Source of the DNA: an uncultured Simkaniaceae bacterium
GTDB taxonomy: Bacteria; Chlamydiota; Chlamydiia; Chlamydiales; Rhabdochlamydiaceae
NCBI GenBank assembly: GCA_963791555.1
Contig: CAWBSQ010000005.1
Coordinates: forward strand, 3,346 to 67,345
Direction: 5' to 3'
DNA: 64,000 nucleotides
Each line of letters opens with the position of its first letter. Position 1 is the stretch's first letter. The position numbers were made by a program, and so were the translations under genes. Below, piece by piece: positions 37,216 to 45,664 of this stretch. Below the pieces are notes generated by a model. The model worked only from the letters and a program-made list of their open reading frames with translations. It was not told where the DNA came from and searched no databases.

Positions 37216-38103
37216 ATGATCAGCCGCAGATCCTTTTCCCTGATAGGCACGTGGAACCAAATACGGAATGCAATGCATACCGCAAGCGCTGCTTTACCCC
37301 TGGTTCCCTGTTTTTTAATTCTGCCGCTTACTGCCGCCTATCAACAAACACCTGTCTCGAATCCATCGGAGATCCGTGTCCTGTCGGTAGATCCTACCCC
37401 TGAAGCTGAAGAGGTCCAAATCAAAACGCTCTACCCATTAAACAGATCGGTAGAAAAAAACCCGGTCGGCATGCAAATCCGCCTCAGTGGTTTTCCTCTA
37501 CGCACATACAGCCAATTTCCTAGGGCTAAAGAAGTGCTAAATTACAACAAAGAAGGTCAAAGCCTTCATATCATCATCGATAACGACCCCTACTTTGCGG
37601 AAAACGAGGCCATGATCAATGCCCTTCAGGACCAGGATCATTATTATGAGCAAAATTTGGAATTCAGCGTTCCCTACACTCTCAAGCCCGGTCAACATTT
37701 CATGAGAGTTTTTCCTGCAAGGTCTTATGGCGAAAGCTTGAAAAGCGATGGGTGTTTTGAAGCCCGCATGTTCTATGTAGGCGCTAAAACACCAACCCTC
37801 GATGTGGATTTGACACAACCCTATTTGACCTATAATCAGCCCCAAGGGGATATCAAATACCAAAAAAACAAGCCGATCTTACTCGATTTCTATGTGACGA
37901 ATGTTAAACTTTCAAGGGATGGCTATAAAGTACGCCTAACAATTGATGGCAATGTAAAAAGGATCCTCACCAAATGGTGTCCTTACTATGTCTATGGATT
38001 GAAGCAAGGACAACACACATTCAAATTAGAACTTTTAAATGAATCGAATGGTGTCGTTCCGGGCTTATTCAACACCACAGAGAGGATCATAACGCTCAAA
38101 TAA
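37216..38103 (+). CDS. hypothetical exported protein
   Basis: 295-aa ORF with a hydrophobic N-terminal segment. No family recognised. Confidence 0.55.
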   Translation: MISRRSFSLIGTWNQIRNAMHTASAALPLVPCFLILPLTAAYQQTPVSNPSEIRVLSVDPTPEAEEVQIKTLYPLNRSVEKNPVGMQIRLSGFPLRTYSQFPRAKEVLNYNKEGQSLHIIIDNDPYFAENEAMINALQDQDHYYEQNLEFSVPYTLKPGQHFMRVFPARSYGESLKSDGCFEARMFYVGAKTPTLDVDLTQPYLTYNQPQGDIKYQKNKPILLDFYVTNVKLSRDGYKVRLTIDGNVKRILTKWCPYYVYGLKQGQHTFKLELLNESNGVVPGLFNTTERIITLK

Positions 38104-38174
38104 AAATTTAAGCTTGTTCCTCAACACAAAAAAAGCTCTATGGCGTATACTCTTTGAAGTACACTCTTTGACTT

Positions 38175-39023
38175 ATGCTAAAATTTGTGCTTTGGGAAAA
38201 AGTCCGCTCCTATACCTGGGTTCTTTGTGCAATAGCCCTGGCCATTGGTCTTTCCATTTTTGCTCGAAGCAAAACGCACCACTTTTCGATCGACCGCATC
38301 GTCTCCCCTCTCAGTCATCATCCTGAATGGGAAATTGAAAATCCTCCTGAAGTTGAAGAGATCCTAGCGCAGCCCTTTCATTTTTTTACCAATGGAGGGC
38401 AGTCATGGTCTTTCTTAAGCGATGATGGGAAATGGATTATAAAATTTTTTGATTTTCGTCCTACCTGGCATGATTTGGCAAATTTTCTTCACTTGCCTGA
38501 CGCGTTTTCCCCTAAGCTGACTCCCAAGCAAATTCGACGGCGCGAAGGCCCCCCTCAGGGCTATGCAATTGCAGCAAGAAACCTTAGAAGAGAATGTGGA
38601 CTGGTAGGGGTATTCCTCAATGGAAAAGATACCGGTATATCGAGGATCCAAATCACCAATCCTATCCACTGCCAACAACTTCTCGATCTAGGCTCTACCT
38701 CCTTTGTCATCCAGAAAAGGGCTGAAACACTTCCCATGCGACTTGCCCGTTTTCTCAAGAGCAAAGAAACAGACCGCGCTAGCCAGGCCCTATCTCAAGC
38801 CCTCAATTTGATCGCCGCGCGTTCTGCAGCCGGAATTGCAGATGGCGACAATACACAACTGCATCACAATTTAGGTTTTGTAGAAGACGAAGCTATCTAC
38901 ATCGACGCAGGAACATTTGTGGAACGCCCTGAACTGGCTGTTCAAGAAAATGCGCAAGCAGAAATCCTACGCTCAGCAGACCTTCTCATTGCCAAATTGG
39001 CTGAAGAAAACTTTTGTCAATGA
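38175..39023 (+). CDS. membrane-anchored protein-kinase-like-fold protein (paralogue 1)
   Basis: TM anchor; Gly-rich/beta-3-like GGQSWSFLSDDGKWIIKFF; catalytic-loop-like IADGDNTQLHHNLGF and IYIDAGTF. Paralogous to the next ORF. Confidence 0.55.
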   Translation: MLKFVLWEKVRSYTWVLCAIALAIGLSIFARSKTHHFSIDRIVSPLSHHPEWEIENPPEVEEILAQPFHFFTNGGQSWSFLSDDGKWIIKFFDFRPTWHDLANFLHLPDAFSPKLTPKQIRRREGPPQGYAIAARNLRRECGLVGVFLNGKDTGISRIQITNPIHCQQLLDLGSTSFVIQKRAETLPMRLARFLKSKETDRASQALSQALNLIAARSAAGIADGDNTQLHHNLGFVEDEAIYIDAGTFVERPELAVQENAQAEILRSADLLIAKLAEENFCQ

Positions 39024-39880
39024 ACGTGCGCCGCTTCCTCAAATTTGCTGGTTTTGCCGCCCTTTTCTTCTTCGTGCAGAGCCTGTGCAAAAAAGTCACC
39101 GATGGCTTTGCCCTTGAATGGATCAAACATCCCTTGCCCGAAATCGCAGAGGCCATCCCCGTCGATCCCCAAATCGTCAAAATTCTCGAGCAGCCATTTC
39201 ATTATCTAGGACGAGGCGGGCAATGCTTTGCCTTTCTTAGCGAAGATGGCCAATTCGTGTTAAAGGTCTTTAAGCAGCACCATTTGCGGCTTCCATCGAT
39301 CATTCATCCCTTTGTTCCTTCTTCGATCATCGATTTTTTTCAAAGAAAAGAAGAGCAATTCCTAACGAGCTGTAAGATCGCTTCGCAGGATTTTGCCGAA
39401 GGTACCGGTGTCATTTCCAGTCAACTCACCCATCATTTGCCAAGTCTTCCTTCACATATTCTTCTCTACGACCCTCTTCATAATCCCCATCGAGTATCCT
39501 CAGCACGCCTTCCCTTTGTTTTGCAAAGAAAAGCAACGCTCGTCGATGCCTATCTCGGTAAACTAATGGAACAAGGAAAGACCCAAGAAGCCAAGCAGGC
39601 GATCGATGGTTTGATCTCTCTTGTGAAGCAACGTTGTCAAAAAGGAATCTATGACAACGACCCCGTCCTCAACCGCAATTTTGGGTTTATCGATCAGCAG
39701 GCCGTTGAAATCGACATCGGTTCCTATTCCTACGAACCACGCTTGAAATCGCCAGACTATATGCGGCGTGAATTATTCTTTGAACTCCACCATTTTCACG
39801 ATCATCTGTATGGCCCCTACCCAGAACTTGCCGCCTATGTCGAACTCCATCTTAAAGAGCTTTTTTCGGCAGATATGTAA
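39014..39880 (+). CDS. membrane-anchored protein-kinase-like-fold protein (paralogue 2)
   Basis: GGQCFAFLSEDGQFVLKVFK, IYDNDPVLNRNFGF and VEIDIGSY line up with paralogue 1. Overlaps it by 10 nt. Confidence 0.55.
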   Translation: MSMNVRRFLKFAGFAALFFFVQSLCKKVTDGFALEWIKHPLPEIAEAIPVDPQIVKILEQPFHYLGRGGQCFAFLSEDGQFVLKVFKQHHLRLPSIIHPFVPSSIIDFFQRKEEQFLTSCKIASQDFAEGTGVISSQLTHHLPSLPSHILLYDPLHNPHRVSSARLPFVLQRKATLVDAYLGKLMEQGKTQEAKQAIDGLISLVKQRCQKGIYDNDPVLNRNFGFIDQQAVEIDIGSYSYEPRLKSPDYMRRELFFELHHFHDHLYGPYPELAAYVELHLKELFSADM

Positions 39881-39949
39881 AAAGTTTACTTTGCAAGATC
39901 GGTGGAAACATATAAGCCAAAAAATCAGCTTTGAGAGCTGAAGGCGATC

Positions 39950-40648
39950 ATGGTATCCTCTTTATCCATGTCGAATGAGCTGCTCTTTTTTATACATCTT
40001 TTTTTAATCTTCGCCTTGACCCTTGGTGCACTACGCCTTGGTAAAGAGGCCTTGATTGCTTGGATTGCTCTGCAATCCATTTTGGCCAATCTCTTCGTGC
40101 TCAAGCAAATAACGTTCTTCTCCTTTCAAGCTGTCTGCAGCGATGTCTTCATGCTTGGGGTCGTGCTTAGCTTGAATCTCCTCCAAGAATATTTTGGCCA
40201 AAGTTCTGCAAAGCGGGCGATCTTCATTTCGTTTTTAAGCATGCTGTCGTTCGTCCTTTTGGCAAAGGTCCATCTTTTATATACACCTGCTGGCTGCGAC
40301 TGGTCTCAATCGTCTTACGATGTGATCCTCTCGCAAAGCCCCCGCATGCTTTTTGCTTCACTCATCACCTTTTTTCTCGTTCAGCAGTTCGATGTCCGCT
40401 TTTATGGCTGGCTGCGACGCCATTTCCCAAACCTGAACCTCACCTGGCGTGCCATGACCTCGATCATCCTCACGCAGGCGGTCGATACCATCCTCTTCTC
40501 TTTTCTTGGTCTTTATGGCGTCGTCGATCACATCTTATCGATCATCGTCGTCTGCTTCATCATCAAGGTCGTCATCGCAATCTCTGCTTCTCCCGTCACA
40601 ATCCTATCGAAGAAGATCGTCCAGATCAAACCAGAGGAGAACGTGTGA
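39950..40648 (+). CDS. yhhQ: queuosine-precursor/queuine transporter, YhhQ (VUT/DUF165) family
   Basis: Six TM segments and the ILTQAVDTILFSFLG motif typical of DUF165. 4-nt overlap with tgt. Confidence 0.7.
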   Translation: MVSSLSMSNELLFFIHLFLIFALTLGALRLGKEALIAWIALQSILANLFVLKQITFFSFQAVCSDVFMLGVVLSLNLLQEYFGQSSAKRAIFISFLSMLSFVLLAKVHLLYTPAGCDWSQSSYDVILSQSPRMLFASLITFFLVQQFDVRFYGWLRRHFPNLNLTWRAMTSIILTQAVDTILFSFLGLYGVVDHILSIIVVCFIIKVVIAISASPVTILSKKIVQIKPEENV

Positions 40649-41772
40649 GCTTCACCTTTGAGATCCTTCATCGCTCAAAAAAATCACGAGCCCGTCTTGG
40701 ACGCATCCATACACCGCATGGGATCATCGATACCCCTGGTTTTGTCGCCGTTGGTACCAACGGCACCTTAAAAGCCCTCGATAACCAGGTTGTGAACGAA
40801 ATTGGCCTGCAGCTCATGTTCTGCAACACCTACCACATGCTTTTACAACCTGGCTCACATGTCGTAAAGGCAGCTGGCGGTTTGCACAAATTTATCCAAC
40901 GGACAGGCCCCATCATCACCGATTCGGGCGGATTTCAAGTCTTTAGCTTGGCCTATGGCTCCGTTGCCGATGAACTTAAGGGCAAGGGCAAACGCAAAAG
41001 CGATGGCGGGGTTCTTAAAATCACCGAAGAGGGTGTCCTTTTCCGTTCCTATCGCGATGGCAAAAAAATCCTGCTCACGCCCGAAAGCTCCATCCAGGCG
41101 CAAAAAGATTTAGGGGCCGATATCATCATCCCACTGGACGAACTCCCTCCTTATCACATCGATAAGTTGAGTCTTCGACGTAGCTTTGAAAGGACCCACC
41201 GCTGGGAAGAGCGTTCGTTAATGGAACATCTTGCCAACCCACAAGGCCAGGCCATTTACGCTGTCATCCATGGTGGTTTAGATGACGATTTGCGCAAAGA
41301 AAGTTGTGCTTTTCTCAGTGCACGCCCCTTTGATGGGTATGCCATTGGAGGCAGTCTTGGAAAAACCAAGGAAGAAATGGTGGCCATGCTAACGCAGTTG
41401 ATGCCCTATCTTCCTTCTGAAAAGCCCAATCACCTGCTTGGCATTGGCGATCTACCTTCACTTGAACAGTGCATCCCCCTTGGCATCGATACCTTCGACA
41501 GCTCCTACCCCACTCGTTCTGCCCGCCACGGCATCGCTTTGAGTAAAAAAGGGCCGATCAATCTCACTCGAACAGCTCTGGCCCAAGAATTCACACCGAT
41601 CGACCCCGATTGTACTTGCCCCACATGCAAACGTTTCAATGTCGCCTATCTCCATCACCTGTTCAAAGCTAAAGAACTCTCTGCATTGACGCTAGCTTCG
41701 ATCCACAATCTCCATTTCATGGTAGAGCTTATGGCTGAGTACCGTCAAAAAATCTCTAACGACCAAATCTAA
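40645..41772 (+). CDS. tgt: tRNA-guanine transglycosylase
   Basis: DSGGFQV, LLGIGDLP...GIDTFDSSYPTRSARHG and the zinc motif CTCPTC...H. Confidence 0.9.
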   Translation: MSFTFEILHRSKKSRARLGRIHTPHGIIDTPGFVAVGTNGTLKALDNQVVNEIGLQLMFCNTYHMLLQPGSHVVKAAGGLHKFIQRTGPIITDSGGFQVFSLAYGSVADELKGKGKRKSDGGVLKITEEGVLFRSYRDGKKILLTPESSIQAQKDLGADIIIPLDELPPYHIDKLSLRRSFERTHRWEERSLMEHLANPQGQAIYAVIHGGLDDDLRKESCAFLSARPFDGYAIGGSLGKTKEEMVAMLTQLMPYLPSEKPNHLLGIGDLPSLEQCIPLGIDTFDSSYPTRSARHGIALSKKGPINLTRTALAQEFTPIDPDCTCPTCKRFNVAYLHHLFKAKELSALTLASIHNLHFMVELMAEYRQKISNDQI

Positions 41773-41794
41773 GAAAGAATTTGCAAATTCTTTT
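41770..41794. repeat. palindromic motif copy overlapping the tgt stop codon
   Basis: taagaaagaatttgcaaattctttt, with internal palindrome aagaatttgcaaattctt. Confidence 0.85.
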
Positions 41795-41854
41795 ATCAGA
41801 TCCTAATTGTCAAACTGCATCTCGCAATTTCCTCAATTATAAAAGGTTTCAACA

Positions 41855-43432
41855 GTGAATTTAATCTCGATCTACACAACACAAACATCAAGACAAGAGC
41901 GTTTGAACTACCTTGCATACTCCATCAAAAAAAGACGGGGAAGAAGCCTTGCGTTCCAATCGTTAGACAAAAAAGACCAGATCACATTCCTAGTCCAATG
42001 CAAGATCAAGGAATCAATCGCCAATTGGAACAAGATCGGCAAACAAACACTAAAGAATGCCGTTCAGCAATTGCTTCATGCGCCAAAATTGCCTAACCTA
42101 CTGCAATTGCCTCCACTGGCGATGACCAAAGCACATATAACACCATTTCTTACAGGGAAGAATCTTGCGAACCTACGAAGCACGCATAAAACAGCCGCTG
42201 AATTCATTGATGCTAGTTTAATCATCAAGAACTACGATCTTGCTCCTCTCATTGCAAGATATTGTCACCAAGATTGGGAGACTCTCAGCGAAGACGGAAA
42301 GATCAAAGCCTTGCATCAGCTAATGTCGATGGTGCAAGAGTTGAGCAAGCTCGAACGGATCGAATTACCAAGCTACCGATCGATTGGACAATTCTTCGAA
42401 CTTATCGAAGCAAAGAACCTCTTGAGAATGGCAGCTAGAATGCATGGGGTGCATCCGCTTGCAGGTTTAAAAAATAAACACTTGCAAATTGCCAAAGATT
42501 CCACTAGCACCCTGCAAAGAGCTGAAAAAGTAAGAGCATCATTTGGACAACATCCAGCGGATCTACAAGCTTTTGTCAAATTGAACTTGAGCAACTATAA
42601 TTTAAGCTTTCTGCCTACAGAGATCGGACAACTGGGGGCTTTGACTAATCTTTTGTTACACAATAATCACCTACCAAGCCTGCCGAAAGAAATCGACCGG
42701 CTCAAGAATTTGACTGCACTTAGGTTAGACCATAATCGCCTGACAAGCCTGCCGAAAGAGATCGGTCAACTCAGGGCTTTGTGCATGCTTTGGTTAGACT
42801 ATAATCGCCTGACAACCTTGCCGAAAGAGATCGGTCAGATCGGGGCTTTGATTCACCTTGTGTTAGCCAATAATCGCCTGACCAACCTGCCAAAAGAGAT
42901 CAGTCAGCTCAGAGCTTTGATTTATCTTGGAGTTGAAAATAATCGCCTGACCAGCCTGCCGAAAGGGATCGGTCAACTCGAAGCTTTGAGGGGGCTTGGG
43001 TTAAGAAATAATCAACTGACAACCCTATTAAAAGAGATCGGCGAGCTAAAAAATCTTAGATGCCTCCAAGCTAAAGGAAATGGCCTTGTCTATCTACCTG
43101 CTAGATTGGAACGTTTTAGCGATCAGCTCAAAGAACAGAATCAAATACTCCAAACAAAGTCAGTCCTTACTCAATTAAGGGGATGTTTGAAAGGAAAGCA
43201 TGACTGCAGAGTCATCTTAACGCTTCTTGATACCATTGAAAAACTTCAAGGAAAAGAAATGCGCTCTAAACTCCATGCTTGCCTCTATGAAGTATGTAAA
43301 AAAGAGAAGTCTTTGCGCAAAAAATTGCAAAGTTTGCAATTTGGCAGAAAGGCCTTCGTCGACCCAGAGATCGACCCTAAGTTCAAACTAGCCGCTCTGA
43401 AACGATTCGAAAAGATGCTTCATCGAGTTTAA
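41855..43432 (+). CDS. LRR-family paralogue (7 repeats), type B C-terminus (...KMLHRV)
   Basis: Family N- and C-domains plus seven LPKEIxxL units. Confidence 0.9.
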   Translation: MNLISIYTTQTSRQERLNYLAYSIKKRRGRSLAFQSLDKKDQITFLVQCKIKESIANWNKIGKQTLKNAVQQLLHAPKLPNLLQLPPLAMTKAHITPFLTGKNLANLRSTHKTAAEFIDASLIIKNYDLAPLIARYCHQDWETLSEDGKIKALHQLMSMVQELSKLERIELPSYRSIGQFFELIEAKNLLRMAARMHGVHPLAGLKNKHLQIAKDSTSTLQRAEKVRASFGQHPADLQAFVKLNLSNYNLSFLPTEIGQLGALTNLLLHNNHLPSLPKEIDRLKNLTALRLDHNRLTSLPKEIGQLRALCMLWLDYNRLTTLPKEIGQIGALIHLVLANNRLTNLPKEISQLRALIYLGVENNRLTSLPKGIGQLEALRGLGLRNNQLTTLLKEIGELKNLRCLQAKGNGLVYLPARLERFSDQLKEQNQILQTKSVLTQLRGCLKGKHDCRVILTLLDTIEKLQGKEMRSKLHACLYEVCKKEKSLRKKLQSLQFGRKAFVDPEIDPKFKLAALKRFEKMLHRV

Positions 43433-43662
43433 ACAAAATTCTTGGGACTGTTCTGCATAGGGCAGTCCTATTTCAAGCTAGATTTTCTACTAGTTCCACT
43501 TTGTTTGTATTTGATAATAGACCGCTATTCAACTGGAAAATAAAATATATTTAATAATAGTCGATTTTGCAATAATATTTTAACAACAGTTGCTGATTGA
43601 TTGTTGCTGTTCCATCTGTTATAATCAATATTTATTATAAATAATAACGGAAATAACTAAAA

Positions 43663-45591
43663 ATGAATTTAACATCGATTTACTCAACTCAAACATCTAG
43701 ACAAGAGCGTTTGAATTACTTCACTCACGCCATCAAAAAAGGACAGGGAAGAAGCCTTGCTTTCCTATTATTAGATAAAAAAGATCGCATCACATTGCTT
43801 GCTCTATGCAACATCAAAGGCTCAACGGTCAGTTGGAACAAAATCGGCAATCAAACACTACAAAATGCCATTCAGCAATTAATCCACGGGCCACGATTGC
43901 AAAATCTATTGCTGTTGCCTCCGAAGGCAATGATCGAAGCCCATCTAACACCATTCCTTACAGGGAAGGATCTAGCAAATCTGCAGAGTACGCATAATGC
44001 CGCTCCTAAATTGGGCAATGCTAGTTCAATCATCAAGAACTACAGTCTAGCCCCCCTTATTGCAAGATATTGCCATCAAGATTGCGAACTCCTAAGCGAA
44101 AGCGGAAAAATCCAAGCCCTCCATCAGCTAATATCGATGGTTCAAGAACTGAGCGAGCTCGAACAACTCGAAGTACCAAGCTACCAATCAATTGGACCAT
44201 TCTTCGAACTTATCGAAGCAAGGAACTTATTGAGGTTGTCAGCTCAGATGCATAGAGAACATCCGCTTACAGGTTTAGAGAATGAACAGCTGCAAATTGC
44301 CGAAGATTCTGCAACTACTCTGCAAAGAGCTGAAACAGTAAGAGCGTGGTTTGGAGAACATCAAGTAATTCTACAAGCTTTTGTCGAATTGCGTTTGCAA
44401 GAGCGTAACTTAACCCTTATGCCTCCAGAAATTGGACAGCTTGGGGCTTTGACTCTGTTTTGGTTACATAATAATCCCCTAATCAGCCTGCCGAAAGAAA
44501 TCGGGCAGCTCAGGGCTTTGACTGAGCTTTGGTTAGTAAATAATCGCCTGACAAGCCTGCCGAAAGAGATCGGTCAGTTAAATGCTATGACTAAACTTGT
44601 GGTAAGCGATAATCGCCTGACCAATCTGCCGAAAGAGATCGGTCAACTCGGAGCTTTGACTTGGCTTAGCTGTAGGAATAATCGCCTAACCAGCCTGCCG
44701 AAAGAGATCGGACAGCTAAGGACTTTGATACAGCTTGAGTTAGGCAATAATCACCTTTCCAGCCTGCCGAAAGAGATCGGGCAGCTTGGGAATTTGATCC
44801 TTCTTGATTTAGAGAATAATCGCCTGACCAGCGTGACGAAAGAGATTGGGCAGCTGAGAGTTTTGATTGATCTCTGGTTGCACCATAATCGCCTGACAAG
44901 CCTACCAAAAGAGATCGGGCAGCTCAGGGATTTGACTCATCTTACGCTAGACAATAATCACCTGACCAGCCTGCCACCAGAGATTGGACAGCTCAAGACT
45001 TTGACGCAGCTTGAGTTAGGCTTTAATCGCCTGACAAGCCTACCGAAAGAGATCGGGCAGCTAAGGGCTTTGTTGACTATACTTAATTTAGTCAACAATC
45101 GCCTAAAAAACCTGCCGAAAGAGCTCGGGCAGCTTGGATCTTTGAATGAGCTTTGGTTAGACAATAATCGCCTGACAAGCCTACCGAAAGAGATTGGCAA
45201 GTTACAAACTCTTAAAGCTCTTGGTACTGAAGGAAACGGTTTCCTATATTTACCTGCTAAATTAAATCGATTTAAGCTCCAAAAACAGAATCAAACACTC
45301 CAAATGAAAACGATCATTAGTCAATTAAAGGGATGTTTGAAAGAAAAGCACGATTGCAGAGCTATCTTAGCACTTCTAAATACCATGGAAAAATTCCTAG
45401 GCAAGGAAATACGCTCCAAACTCCATGCTTGCATCTATGAAGTATGTAAAAAAGAGAAGTCTTTGCACAAAAAGTTGAAGAGTTCTCAATTTGGCAGAAA
45501 AGCCTTTGTCGATCCAACGATCGTCCCTAAGTTCAAATTAGCTGCTCTGAAGCGATTCGAAGATATGCTTAAAGATGCACAGGATAAATAA
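43663..45591 (+). CDS. LRR-family paralogue (12 repeats), type A C-terminus (...MLKDAQDK)
   Basis: Family N- and C-domains plus twelve repeat units. Confidence 0.9.
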   Translation: MNLTSIYSTQTSRQERLNYFTHAIKKGQGRSLAFLLLDKKDRITLLALCNIKGSTVSWNKIGNQTLQNAIQQLIHGPRLQNLLLLPPKAMIEAHLTPFLTGKDLANLQSTHNAAPKLGNASSIIKNYSLAPLIARYCHQDCELLSESGKIQALHQLISMVQELSELEQLEVPSYQSIGPFFELIEARNLLRLSAQMHREHPLTGLENEQLQIAEDSATTLQRAETVRAWFGEHQVILQAFVELRLQERNLTLMPPEIGQLGALTLFWLHNNPLISLPKEIGQLRALTELWLVNNRLTSLPKEIGQLNAMTKLVVSDNRLTNLPKEIGQLGALTWLSCRNNRLTSLPKEIGQLRTLIQLELGNNHLSSLPKEIGQLGNLILLDLENNRLTSVTKEIGQLRVLIDLWLHHNRLTSLPKEIGQLRDLTHLTLDNNHLTSLPPEIGQLKTLTQLELGFNRLTSLPKEIGQLRALLTILNLVNNRLKNLPKELGQLGSLNELWLDNNRLTSLPKEIGKLQTLKALGTEGNGFLYLPAKLNRFKLQKQNQTLQMKTIISQLKGCLKEKHDCRAILALLNTMEKFLGKEIRSKLHACIYEVCKKEKSLHKKLKSSQFGRKAFVDPTIVPKFKLAALKRFEDMLKDAQDK

Positions 45592-45664
45592 GAGAAAGCC
45601 AATGCCGCCGTGGTGTTGGTTTTTAGTAAAGAAATTAGATTAAAAAAATAACAAGAATTAAAAA

